Source of the DNA: Eledone cirrhosa
Taxonomy: Eukaryota
Reading direction: 5' to 3'
DNA: 64,000 nucleotides
Assembly (NCBI GenBank): GCA_964016885.1
Contig: OZ024741.1
Span: 280,426,001 to 280,490,000 of the forward strand
The notes beneath the pieces are model-generated. The model had not been told where the DNA came from. It made no database searches and saw nothing but the letters and a program-made list of their open reading frames with translations. A program made the translations under genes and the position numbers. This document shows positions 1 to 13,162 of this stretch, in pieces (positions within the stretch are counted from its first letter, which is position 1; every line of letters starts with the position of its first letter).

Positions 1-2176
1 GGTATTTATTTTATCAATCTCTGTTTGTTGAACCTCTAGGTTACAGGACATGAACACAGACATGGATATGCACACACACACACATACACACATACATGTG
101 TATGTATATCCATATATAAACCAACTTCTACAGTTTTCCTGTACCAAATGCAAGACTATAGTAGAAGACACTTGCCCAAGGTGCCATGTATGGAACTGAA
201 TCTAAAAGTTTATTTTTTTCCAAAATATTTGTTCTAAATATTTTCTTTGCTCTTCAACATTGAGTAAAGAATATGTAAGCATGGTCCCATAACTCCTGAG
301 GGAGTCATAAGGGTGATGTATTGACGTACAGCGTTTCTAGGGTGATTTTTAAAATCTGGCGGAAACCTTCTCCTTTCCAGGTCTGAATGTAGCATATTTC
401 TTACAGAAAAGTATAAAGAATAAGAGAGAGGAAGTAAGAAAGAGATATGGAGGAAGAATTGACCCCAGCACAATGTCTTCTTTTACTATTGTGATCTTTC
501 CTTAGTCCTTAATTAGGAACTAACTTCCTTCTATTTTTTGTGGGGGAAGGGAGTGAACAGCAGTAAAACAGGCAACATTCAACTTTATCAGTTTTAACCT
601 TTTCATTGCCATACGTTTAAGAAAATACTTTTTATTTTGATTAATTAATGAAAAATTTGGGAAATATTTAATAAAATTATAATTTTATTAAGACAATATT
701 TGTAACATAATATGTTCTAATATAGAATTATGTTGGAAAGTTTTAATTTAAGTAGGGACCCTTTAAAATGGGTTGTATTGTTTCATAACACAGAGTTGGT
801 TTTGGATGGTTTAGTATCAAAAGAACTAATCTTTGTATAATAGAATTGTTAACTTTAAAAAATAGCATTTAGCTGTAAAATTTGATGCTTTGAAATTCCT
901 GCAGTTTATAGACAAATCAAACTGATATTTATGAATATTTCCACCATTTATTTTTGAAGGGAAACATATTTCAACACTATTTGAATTATAAATACTCCAG
1001 TTTGGTCAGTAGTTTGATGTTTTTAAATCTTTTGATACCAAACTGACTGAAATCAGCACTGGATCTCTGATATGAAGCTGTATATTTTAAGATGTTTATA
1101 TTTGTCTGAAAATATTCCATCTTAATTTTATGCAAGAATCTCCGTTATGTTCCAAACACTAGTGTAATCATGAGACAGTTAGTTACATTATTAAATCTAT
1201 CTAAATTCTTGGATCATTAAAAAGAAATATGTGAAAAATACATGAGCAGTGTCTTTCACCAGAAATATGGTAACAAAAGGGTTAACAAATCCAAAATAGT
1301 AGCACGGGATCCATGTTTTTAGGTATCATCTGTTCAATTACACAGAGTACAATAACTGAGAGTTCTTTACTTGGTTGTGGAAAATGTTTTATTTCCCCAT
1401 GTAAAAAGTATATGATAAATGCACCCAGTGCACTTTGTTAAGTGATTGGTGACAGGAAGGGCATCCAACTGTAGATATCTTTCCAAACAAAGGCTCATGA
1501 GGATTCTTCAATTGTGTCATGGACATGACAACTTCCCTAGTGTTGATGCCACAATAAAATGCACTTACTAGAGTGCGGGATGGTTTGATGGACACCCCCT
1601 ATCCCCAACCCACCTGGATATTAGTGGCTATGCTTGAATATTAACTGGTCTGTGAGGAAATGTCCAACCTTTACTAGCAAGGAAAACAGATGATGACAAG
1701 GATGTCAATTGAAATCTCAGTTTCCTGTTCCTTGTTAATTCAGGAGTTATTTGTTGTATTGGTAACAGTTGTATAATGCATGTATGTCACCATCATCATT
1801 TAACGTCTATTTTTCCATGCTTGCATGGATTAGATGAAACAAATACTGCAAAGCATTTTATCTAATGTTCTAACGACTCTGCCAGTTTGCTGCCTACACC
1901 CACCTTGTATATGCACATATAAATTTCATATATTTCTATTTTGTTTTTCTCCATGGGTTGGCTGATTATGCAAATTCTGAATATTTTATTATAAATTTGT
2001 AAATTGTATCTGTATTGGTTGGGTTGTTCTTTAGGAGGAAGAGAGCTGCATATCTCTCTGAATAATTTGTCTTTTAGTCTCTTTTATTTAGCAACTAAAA
2101 CCTGCTGGAGTAGAGTAGAAATATCAATAAATCTTAGTAACTGAAGAAATAGTGGCAAGGAAATATAATACTTACA

Positions 2177-2415
2177 TTACTACTACTACTACTACTACCA
2201 CCACCACCACCACCACCACCACTACTACTACTACTGCCACTACCACCACCACCACTACTACTACTATTATACTACTACCACCACCACTACTATTATACTA
2301 CTATCACCACCACCACCATCACTACTACTACTATCATACTACTATCACCACCACCACTATTATTATACTACTATCACCACCACTGCTACTATTACTACTA
2401 CCACCACTACTACTA
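2177..2415. repeat. Compound (ACT)n/(ACC)n microsatellite
   Basis: Direct reading; it explains the poly-T/poly-H pseudo-ORF. Confidence 0.92.
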
Positions 2416-3774
2416 TGTGCAATATTCCAAAAGAAATATTGCACAGCCATTCTTCTGCTAAACAATTCTTATAGTGTTGATTGTTGGCTGAGTCTTACAT
2501 GAAATATCAGCTCTTTAACAAACTGATTGGATTTCACAATATGGATTCTACTGGCCATTCAATATGTAATTCTACTTGTTGCTTCTATCACTCACTGTTC
2601 AGTAGATTTCACCTATCTCAATGTTCTCTTTCCTTCATTGCTTTACTTTGCTTTCTCTAAGCTCCCACCACTCCTCTGTCATTTGCTAGTTCTGTTGTTT
2701 CCATTTTCACATTATTTATTCTTGTTGCTGCTGTTGTTAAAGATCTTTTCCTTTGTCACTCCAACTTTACCATACAAGCCATGTATATAAATATATATAT
2801 AGATATAGGTATATAAATGTCTGTGTGTGTATATATATATATATATATACTGTGTGTGTAAATATAGTTGTGTATGTATATACTGTGTGTGTGCATATAT
2901 GTATATGTGCTTGTGTGTGTGTATGTATATACTGTGTATATATGTATGTATGTACATACTATGTGTGTGTGTACAAAGAATATCCAAAAGGTTTTGTAAA
3001 CCCCCCCCCCCCCCATATACACAGAAATAACAGTAGGAAAACAAAGAAAAACATATATTATATGAAGAATTTCCAATTTTTAAAGCCAGTATTTTTCAAT
3101 ATAGTCTCCATTATTGGTTACACATTTCCCCACCTTTTTATGAAATACTGATGTAAAAAACAACAAACAAAGAAAAACAAAGCTATTTTCCTGATGTATT
3201 TGACTTCTACTTTAACTTTTGCAATGATTTAATAATATATAAAAAGATGCTGAGTGCTCAAAATTGATGGAAGTTATGGAAGGGGAAGACCTAGGAAGGC
3301 TTTGGATGAGGTGATAAAAACTGACCTCATACAATTGCACATCTTGAAGCCGATGACACAGGATCAAGATCTCTGGTGTTATGCAGTAATGCAGAAGACC
3401 CGCTTTTCCATGCATCCAATGGTTTCTAGTATGCACCACTTCCATACACCTCCCTCATTCTAACACTCCACCCTTCACCATCTTTGTGCCCAACCCTAGA
3501 CCTACCTCTCCAATCCCCGCCCTACATACATGCACCGTAGCCAATTAAACTTCTTTTGATCTGAGATAAGAAGTGAAAACTACACAGTACTAAGACACAT
3601 TTGTATGATGATGAAAATTGAATGATTTTTTTTTTTCTGAATGGATTCATTAGGTATTGTTGTTGTGAAACAAAATTTCACTTGACAAAACCCCTCAACA
3701 ATTTTGTTGTATACTGTTCTTCAAATTGTGTTAACCAGTCATAATTTTTACATGTGTTGAGAGCTCCAACCTGG

Positions 3775-4400
3775 TGCGTTCAGCTACCAGCCCAGGCTTT
3801 GCTAGCAGAAGAGGCCAAACTGTCAAAGTATCAACTGTTCTCTGATAGATTTGTGGTTGAACCTGTGACAGTAGAGACTTCCAGGATTCTTGACTTCTGG
3901 ACCACATCCCTACTCACTGCTATCAGGGTAGAGTTGGCTACCTGCAAGTTTGAGCCCCCTTAACCCTTTAGCATTTACATTACTCTATATTTACTATTGT
4001 ATTTTCACAGTAAACACTTTATCTCACATAATTATCTCATATAATATCGAATCTGAGATTTTGATATTATTTATTTTGAGAACAATACCTTAACTTCAGC
4101 ATGAGTGGCCAGTTACAGCCTGCTTGATCAAAAAGAAGTGAAAGAATTCTGGCCGGATATGGACGATTTAAATGCTAAAGGTGGAGTGACAGTGGAGACT
4201 TTTGGTGTCCTTGGCACCTGGACCACATCCCTATTCACTACTACTGGGGTAAAGTTAGTTACCTGCAAGTTTGAGCCCCATGAGGTGGAGTAACTGTTCC
4301 TGTTTGTCTCCCTCGTCATCCTCTGGGGCAATGTCTTCTCTATCCTGTCAGCTGCGACCAAGAGGCGGACAGACCCTTGAACAATGAGTGATATATACAT
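3775..4400 (+). mobile_element. CRE-like (restriction-like endonuclease) non-LTR 3' fragments interrupted by a MITE
   Basis: AEEAKLSKY...VEPVTVET.G..G...EVE*LF..VSLVILWGNVFSIL. Related pieces at about 18890-19220 (-), 59620-59765 (-) and 52162-52225 (+). Confidence 0.65.
3964..4181. mobile_element. piggyBac-type MITE, same family, opposite orientation
   Basis: TTAA-CCCTTTAGCATTTA left end; the right end TAAATGCTAAAGG lacks the final G and TTAA. Confidence 0.85.
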
Positions 4401-5232
4401 ATCATACACACAGAAAACATTATTATCCTGCTATTTTTCATATAAGAGATCAATAAAATAAGTATGGTTAATCTTTTTAGGATTATAAAAGTTAACTAGG
4501 TCTTTCACTAAGTTTTGTTGTGGTTGTCAAAGTTGATATATTCATTGGACACTGATTATTGACTGTGCCTAAGGCATTTATTTCACTCCTGAATAATTCA
4601 TTGAACAATTGTTTCGCCATCATAAATATTTTACTTATCATAAACTTGCACGAGTTCATTTATCTAATGTATTATAAAATTTGACTCTGATTCTTTGTTC
4701 TTGCAATTATTTTTCTTGTGAAACTAAATATTGCGACAGGAGTGTAATTGTATGATCTTTATTCATTTATGTGTTATACTCTTCTCAGTTATTTTTACAT
4801 CTTTTATATGTTGTGCTGTTATTAATGTCTTTTTTTATATTCATGGCACACATTTTTTTAGCACTTCTCATGTGGGTACACGCACGCACGCACGCACACG
4901 AAGGTGCATGGGTTAGTAGTTAGAGCTTGCAACTGGGAGGTTGTGAGTTCAATTCTCAGACCGGGCGATGCGTTGTGTCCTTGAGCAAGACACTTTATTT
5001 CACGTTGCTCCAGTTTACTCAGCTGTAGAAATGAGTTGCAATGTCACTGGTGCCAAGATGTATCAGCCATTGCTTTTCCGTTGGACAACATAAGTCATGT
5101 GGAGAGGGGAGACTGGGTTGCATGGGCAACTTCTGATCTTTAACAAACAACCTTGCCTGGACTTCTGTGTCAGAGAGGAACTTTCTAGGTGCAAATCCCA
5201 TGGTCTTTACCCTATATATATATATATAAAAT

Positions 5233-5420
5233 AATTGTTTCTACGTTAGGCACAAGGCCAGCAATTACCTGGTGTATTACTGGTACTTTATTTTATCGAC
5301 CCCGTAAGGATGAAAGGCAAAGTTAACCTCGGCGGGATTTGAACTCAGAATGGCAAGGGCCGTAACTCTATGCGCCAAAGCATGGCATCCGACACTACCA
5401 ATACTGCCAATCCACCACCA
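5233..5420 (-). mobile_element. Second SINE family copy in (TA)n (others about 33080-33225 +, 35437-35640 -, 45585-45732 +, 50705-50910 +, 52675-52857 +)
   Basis: Same box B and central domain in all copies. Confidence 0.8.
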
Positions 5421-5589
5421 TATATATATATAAAATAATAGTAGTTAAGACGGGATTAATTCACCATAATTGTTTATATATATATTTCTGTTACATGGTT
5501 ATTCATGTGAATTTATGGTTATTTATGTAAGCATTTGGTGAAGTCACATGAATAACCATGTATACATATATATTTATATATCTACACAC

Positions 5590-6165
5590 ACAACTGATTA
5601 GGGATCAAATTAACCAAGGGGAGGTGCAGTTAAGATTTGTGCTCGGTAAAAGTACCATGGATACCCTCTTCCTTATGAGGCAACTGCAGGAGAAGTACCT
5701 AGCTAAAAGCAAACCCTTCTACTTGGCATTTGTTGACTTAGAGAAACCTTTTGACAGGGTTTCCTGTTCTATAATCTGGTGGACACTGGTAAAAGAGTGG
5801 CTTGTGAAGGCATTACAAGCCACATACAGAGGTGCAGTCAGCAAGGTTAAAATTAATAATGACTATAGTGTTATAATGAGGAGTTTAGCCTGTAAGTTGG
5901 GGTCCACCAGGGCTCTGTCCTTAGCCCCTTCCTGTTTATTATCTTCCTCCAGGCTATAACAGAAGAGTTTAAAACAGGATGCCATTGGGAATTCCTGTAT
6001 GCTGATGATCTAACTCTCATAGCTGAATCTATGGCAGAAGTAGAGGAAAAATTCCTGACTTGGAAGCATATCTGGAATCAAAAGGTTTTAAAGGCAACTT
6101 GGCAAAGACTATAGTCCTAGTAAGTAGAAAGGAAAATAAGGCCCAGATCCCCTCAGGGAAACACT
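5590..6165 (+). mobile_element. RTE RT fragment (decayed)
   Basis: RQLQEKYLAKSKPFYLAFVDLEK and YADD; homologous to about 42920-43490. Confidence 0.85.
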
Positions 6166-6734
6166 TCACCCTTCACCAGTTAAGTGTCCCAGTCTAGACC
6201 TACCTCGTCAATCCCCACCCTATTTACGTACACCTCCCTCAACCTAGCCCCTTGTAAAGTGGTCGTTTTGGTGTCACAACAAAAAGCGCCCGGTCCACAC
6301 TGTAAATGTGGTTGGCATTAGGAAGGGCATCCAGCCGTAGAAACCAAGCCAGAAACAGCTCTGTATGAGCAAGACATGGTCATCTACATGCTAGTGTGGA
6401 GAAATGGACATTAAACTGTGATGATGATGATAACAATGACGATATGTGTGTGTGTACATAATATATGTGTGTGTGTACATAATATATGTGTATATAACAT
6501 ATGATTAAGAATGGTTTTCTAAAGAAGAATGGAAGAGATCCACAGTTAAATAAGCTACTCAATACAATAGTAGAGAAGATACATATTTTAATAGAAATAA
6601 CTTCCACAGGAACCATTTCAGTTGTTTGAAATCATCAGTACTTCCTGGTAATTTCAAATGAATGAAACAGTTTTAGTTCTGTAAAAGACATTTCTATATG
6701 AAATAAATGTATGTATATATATATATGTGTGTGT

Positions 6735-7435
6735 AAAAGGTAAACAAAAATAACAACACAATCGGTACAGTATATGGAAGGGATATATTAGGTTAACGCT
6801 TGATATAGCAGGAAGAGGGTCTTAACGTTTCGGACGCTAGTGCTTCATCAGAAGAAAGAATGAGAACTAAGATAGATTGAGGAGACGGGCTGGTTGGAAT
6901 TGGAAAAAATGTCTTTAGATAAAAATGACAGGTCCATTCATGTTGACATCTCTTGCAAAACTATTGGTGCTGGCGTTTTGTGTATGCTTTATTTTTTTAG
7001 AAATGTGGATGATGGAGCGCGTCTACCTGAAATCGAAAAAAACAGCGTTTTGTAAAAAGAGCTATACTTGTGCACGTGCGTAAGCATGTGTGTGTGTGTG
7101 TTATTATACGTCCGTACGAAGTTAAGAAATGTGTGTGTATATGTGAGTAAAAGAGTGTGTGTGCATGTAAGTACGAAGCTATAAGCAAAAGTATGTTAAT
7201 ATAAGGGTGTGTATACAGAGCAGTGAAGGGAAAAGTGGAGTGAGCATATATAGTCAGCCTGTATTAGTTGTAAGAGATGTTAATGATCAAGAGAAAGCGA
7301 TAGGAGTTTAGGGGTGTGATAATGGACGGAGTATTAGAGAAATTGGAGAGGCGAGTTGAGTCCAAGAGGGGAATAGGATCAAAGGCGGTGAATCAGACTT
7401 TGTTCAGTCCTGGTGCGCGTGATCCATGATGTAAA
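6735..7435 (-). mobile_element. Penelope-like element 3' end / pseudo-LTR
   Basis: Minus frame RTEQSLIHRL*SYSPLGLNS resembles the E..LI..L....P.GLN end of Penelope GIY-YIG ORFs. A downstream hammerhead motif lies at 6820-6855, and the element abuts (TA)n. Confidence 0.68.
6820..6855 (-). ncRNA. Minimal type-I hammerhead ribozyme motif (Penelope-type, slightly decayed)
   Basis: UCUU-CUGAUGA-A-GCAC(UAGC)GUCC-GAAA-CGU-U-AAGA: stem I 4 bp, stem II with one C:C mismatch, palindromic ACGU stem III. Confidence 0.6.
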
Positions 7436-7447
7436 AAGATACCCAGC

Positions 7448-9948
7448 ATCATCATCACCGTTTTACACCCATTCTTCCACGCTAGCATATGTTAGACGGG
7501 TTGTCTTGTTGTGGGCAATGCTAGGTCACGTAACCATGTCTTGCTCATACAGGTCTGATTTTGGCTTGATTTCTACAGCTGGATGCCCTTCCTAATGCCA
7601 ACCTCATTTACAGTGACTGCTGGGTGCTTTTTTACCGTGGTGCCTACCCGACCACTTTACAGTGTGGACTGCATGCTTTTTTGTCGTGACATCTCCATGG
7701 CCACTTTGCAGTGGGAGGGGATGAGGGCATATTGTCTATATGCTTCAGCTTCAGCTTGTTCCCATGGGAGGTCGGGTCATGGTCCTGTGTCATTGCCTTT
7801 GAGAGGTGCAATTGGGTAAGGTCGACTTTTATCACCTCATCCCAGGTCTTCTTGAGTCTCCCCACTCCGCGGTTTCCATCGAGTTCTAGTGCTCTGCACC
7901 TTTTTATGCAGCTGTCATCCTTCATATGCATCACATGTCTATACACTGCATTTGATTCCTCTTATGCTCAGTCTCTCTCTCAATTTGTTTATGCTTTGCC
8001 GTTTGCGTATATTACTATTACACATCCATTGGATCATGCAAGCTTCGTTTCTTTTCTAATCTACGCAAGTCTTCTACACACAGCTGCCCAGGTCTCACTA
8101 CCATGCAACATTGCTGTTTGAAAACCAGAATGTACCATCTCCACCATCTCTAACATCAAATTCCATAAGAACTATGGAATTTACACCTGCAATGTTGCGA
8201 CATCACCTTAAGAATAAGCGCAACTAAACCTCCCCTGGTCTTGGTGTTACATACCTGCTTCTCAAATGTGGCGGGTACTTACTTTTGCACCAGCTTTCTT
8301 TCTTCTTTCAATACTGTCTCAACAATGGTGCTACTCCGGAGCAGTGGAAAACTGCCAGTGTCATTCCCCTCTTCAAAAAGGGTGACCACACGTCACCTGT
8401 CAACTATTGTCCAGTCAGTCTTACTAGCTGTATTGCCAAACTGATGGAATCCTGTGTCAGAGAAACACTTTGGAACTTCTAGAGCTCTCACAGCCTCATC
8501 CGGCCCTCGCAGTTTGGATTTATCCCTAACTCCAGCTGCTGTGATCAGCTTATCGAGTTCCTTGAAGACATTACCCGGATCACTGACAGCGGCTCATGGG
8601 TGGATGTTGTTTACCATGACTTCACTAAGGCTTTTAATTCTGTGCCACACAAAAGACTTATGGCAAAACTCTCTACAATGGGTGTGAGGGATGATCTTTT
8701 TAACTGGTTGAAATCCTTCATTCTCAGCCGAAAAGAGGTAGTCACGGTTCTAGGACAGCATTCTTCACCATATGAGATGTCATCTGGTGTACCACAGTGA
8801 TCTGTTCTTGGTCCCCTTTTGTTTGTGGCATATATTAATGACATAGATGCCAACTTAAAGAATGCCACGGTACTGAAATATGCAGTGACATCAAGCTGTA
8901 CCTTGAAATCAAAAGGACTGATCCTGAAATCTACAACTCTTTCCTACAATCAGACCTGGACACAATGCAGCAATGGATTACAGACTGGCAACTGAAGCTG
9001 GCTGTGGACAAGTGGACCGCCATGCATTTTGGGAGGAAAAATCCAGCGTCCACATACTCCCTCCACAACACTGATATCAAGAAGTCCTCTTGTGAACGTG
9101 ACCTGGGCATTACTGTCAGCAGCGATTTGCGTTGGACAAAGCATGTCTCTAAGATTGTCAAGAAGGCCGAGGGTGTCTTGGCATCTCTCAGCAAGACCTT
9201 TGTTAGCTGCTCTCCAGCCATCTATTTAAACTGTATACGGCTATGGTACGACCACACTTGGAATTCGCATCATCAGTCTGGAACCCCTATCTTGCTCAGA
9301 ACATTGACCTCCTGGAAACTGTTCAGAGACGTGCAACCAAGCGCATACCCTCCATCAGACACCTACTATACTCTGAACGCCTTGCTTCCCTGGGCATGGA
9401 TTCATTGAAGCTCCGACATTGGCCTTGGTAAACACCCACAAAGTTATTAACCATCTTGCCAACAACAACCCTGAGCACCTTTTTGATCTCCATGTGTCTA
9501 ACACACGTGGACATGCCTACAAAATCAGAAAACAGCACAGATCCCATGATTTTGGGAAACATTTTTTCACGCTCAGAGTTGCTGAAGCATGGAACAAACT
9601 GCCTGCGTCAGTTGTTAGCTGCCGAGACACTGCATCCTTTAAAACCCTCATGTTTCCCAAAATTCGCTAAAACTACACCTGATGTACCCCTTTCATACAC
9701 ATGCACACATGTGTATATCATGACTCATGCACTGTTCATTTTCCTGACGTTTGTACATTACCCTATGTACTATACATACACTTTTTGATGAGTTGTAGTG
9801 CACCTGAGCACTGTACACAATATTTCATTATTATTATTATTATTATTATACATGCATCATACAGTTTGCCTTTCATTTTGGGGGAAAAGCCTTTTGCAGT
9901 TAGCAGTGGTAGTAGCTCCCTGAACTTCTTCCATCCCTTTCTTACCCT
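7448..9948 (-). mobile_element. 5'-truncated RTE copy (7448-8120 plus 9850-9948) split by the CR1 insertion
   Basis: High similarity to the 3' end of the 41172-44593 element (RVRKGWKKFRELLPLL; KDDSCIKRCRALE; 3' UTR and tail). Confidence 0.88.
8121..9849 (+). mobile_element. 5'-truncated CR1-type LINE with (ATT)n tail, nested in an RTE fragment
   Basis: Frameshifted RT motifs KKGD..NY.PVSLTS, SGVPQ, VRPHLEFASSVWNPY, TRGH.YK, and an (ATT)n tail at 9828-9849. The flanks rejoin into a continuous RTE sequence. Confidence 0.88.
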
Positions 9949-10165
9949 GTATATATATATATACACATACACATACACACACATTCATATCTATGTGTGT
10001 GTGTACCAAACTAGTATTGATAGTAAGTGACTATTTGAAACTGGTAACTTAAAAAGAAAATGATAAATTAATAATAGCAACATCACAAATAGAAAAAGAA
10101 CACATTGTTTTCACACAGTCATATTGGAATCTAGAATATTAGCTATTCCTTTTGTAAAATTAGAT

Positions 10166-10203
<38 letters not shown>

Positions 10204-10353
10204 CTGTCTGGAACATTTTCAAGTTGCTGATGCTATGTTATTTAGTCCACAATGACAAATCCATCAAATTTTTTCAAAACCCCTTTAGAACTAGCTGTAT
10301 GAAAATAACAAATGGTAAGGTAAAATTGCCAAATTGTTTTCAGTATCGCATTT

Positions 10354-10637
10354 CAGTGGAACCTCAATTCACAAACTTAATTTATTCCTGAAGGCTCTTT
10401 GTAACCCAAAGTGTTCATGAACTGAAATTATTTTTCCCTTACAAAATGTTGAGAGAGTGACTGTGAAATACAGATAGATATTACCATAGTAACTAACTAC
10501 ACAGCAAGTGATGCTTTCCCACCAGTACACCCAGCTTGTCACCAACCATTGTTGCCAGTTTGTGAGTTCATTATTTGAGACACTGTTCATGAACTAATTT
10601 GTTCATGCTGAGAGGTTTGTTAACCGAGTATCCACTG
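10354..10637. mobile_element. Tc1/mariner-pogo (Tigger-like) MITE
   Basis: Imperfect TIR CAGTGGAACCTC...GAGTATCCACTG-TA; homologous to 60266-60600. Confidence 0.75.
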
Positions 10638-11068
10638 TATTTTTTAAAATGGCAATGGAGTGACAAAACTGTAAAGCAGCAGACTTCCAGGCTGTAATTA
10701 TGAAGTTTTAACTTTCATCCATTCACACTCGATCGATTAAGTACCAGTTATGCTCTGAAATTATTCAATTAACTGTGTCCCACTTCTACAAATCTATAAG
10801 CCTTTTTGCCAATGTAAAATTTGAATACGTCATTAGAACACAATAAGGGTGATGGAATGGCAGAATCATTAAATTGTTGGACAAAATACTTTTGCAGTAT
10901 TTTTTAATTACAGCCTTTTATGTTTTGAGTTCAAATCTTGCCAAAGTTAACTTTCACTTTTTCCTCTCTACAAACTACAATTTGTTGACCATGTGCATAA
11001 TTTCTAAATCATTGCTAGAACACTGTATATTTACTTTTTTTTTCTCTTTCTTTTTTAGAAACGAAAGC

Positions 11069-12696
11069 ATGTGTGATACTGATGCTGATAATAATAATGT
11101 TGTTGAAAATCCAGAGCCAGAAGCTGATGCTGTCAATGTTCTAGAAGATGAACTGACAATTGATGATGTTGAAGCTGATATTAGAGGTGCAGCTGCTCTA
11201 AATGCCGATATCTGGCCTCAGGATTTTGAGAATGCTGAGGCCCTCATCTACCAGCAAGTGGAGAATGTTCTGTTTCCAGCATTGAATCAAGAGAATAATG
11301 TGCAAGATGTTGGTGGTGTTGAAGTGAATCAAGAACAATCTGATTCATTTGCAGAGGTTAGAAACTCCTATGACAATAACAACATTGACATCCAACCATT
11401 CCTTCCTGTTTCTCCTGAGTCTGTAGCTGATATTGCACTTGAAGATGACATATTAGAGAATACAATTAGAGATAGTGAAGAGAGAAGTGACGGTTTCGAA
11501 CCTGAATGTGATCAGGCTATAGGTATAAATGATGAAGACAACTGTGATATTGACAACTGTGACAATGTTGTACAAGTGTGTGAGCCAATAGAAATTGAAA
11601 GCAGTTCTGCAGATAACCCCTTACAGCCAGAATTAATCAGCTCACAGGAAATGGTCACTAAAATAGATGAAGCTTCCTCTGTGCCAAATGAAACAAATAG
11701 ACAGCTACCAGTCACGGATTTCTGTGTTGGTGATGAGGATGATAAACATGATGTAGCTAGTACAAATGAACACACTTCTAGTTTACAACAGTCAGCTGCC
11801 TCTTCTGAAAACAGCAACACTCAGTCAGTTATACAAAATACTACCACCAGTGGTCCTCAGTCAGAGTCATGCTGCCTTTCTCCTGCACTGAATGAATGTG
11901 CTAAAAATTCTGATGAAAATGATGACAGTAGTAGCTTTGTTTCAGTAACTGTAACTGATGTAGAGTCTAAATCTGAATCCAGAGAATTGATTCCATCTGA
12001 AGAAACCATTGATAGACAACAACATGACACAGAAATAGTTGATAATAGCACAACTGTGGTGGCTTCCAATAATCTTGAAGTTTCTCAGGTGGTTTCATCT
12101 GCAATGGAGCAACAAAAATCTGAGTCGATTGCCTTTGCAAACCAAACATTGAATAACATTGACGTTGGTTATGATGCAGTCTCTTTGACTGAGAATAATA
12201 CCTCAGAAATAATAGACAATGAAGTTGATAGTAATAGTGTAACTTCTGTTCACATATCAGATACCGATACTGCAGATGCATGTGCCGAAAGAACAAATAC
12301 ATTGAGTAATAGTTCCTCAGTTGGAGCTAATCATTTATATGGTTTAGAATCCAATCATCAACCCAAACCACTGAGCTGTCATGTTGATAATGTTAAATCT
12401 GAAAAAAAGAAAATTGTGCAAAAAGCTTCTGATTCAGTGACAATATCATCACCAGTCCCAGATGAAACTTACTCAAATGTATCTTCTAAAGATGATAATG
12501 GTAAAGAGGACCAGTTACTAAATGAATTAGAAGAGGAACTCCTAACAACAGATCAACCTTTACCTCAAAGTAGGGGCCTGCCATTCAATGGTTTGACGAA
12601 GATAGATATAAATAAAATTCCAGAATTCTTGGAGCTCAGACAGAGCTTCCAGTCACTGAAGAAGGAATTAGCAGCAAGTAAACAACAAATTAAAGT
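11069..12696 (+). CDS. CCDC186: CCDC186-like gene, first recognised coding exon (large acidic/disordered N-terminal exon)
   Basis: Polypyrimidine tract and AG at 11057-11058, ATG at 11069 in frame with the 608-aa ORF, donor GTAAGT at 12697 (phase 2). The phase is compatible with the next exon. The start codon is inferred, since an upstream exon may exist. Confidence 0.8.
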
Positions 12697-12793
12697 GTAA
12701 GTATAATTATTTCAACAATCAGAATAAATATAAAAAAAAGCTAGTTGAAGATGCAGTTTGTTCATCTCAGTTCAGCAGTCTCTCTCTCTCTCG

Positions 12794-12824
<31 letters not shown>

Positions 12825-13162
12825 AGAAAATGGGTGTGTTCAGACCAGAAAATGAATGGTATCTACCAGATTTAAAATGTCCTAGATACAATGTATGTCC
12901 CTATGGTGCCCCTACAACTCCATCAAGAGTTTATACATACCTCTCATGATTAGAATTATGAATGCTAAATGTTCAGTTGGGTTTGGGTGAGCTGATTCAC
13001 TTATATCTCTTTCTTCATGGTCTTTAATATCTGTTTCTTATAAGTTATACATCCACTTTACTATGCATTTGGCAGTAAGGATCTTATATCAAAGTCTCAA
13101 GTGTTTAAACTTGTCAAATTCATAGGATAGGGTACTGCACCAGCTGAAGACTGCACCATCTG

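Noticed and set aside
10874-11058. N-terminal 65 codons of the 608-aa ORF
   Set aside because: Made of SINE-derived sequence and the polypyrimidine tract upstream of the AG acceptor, so intronic.
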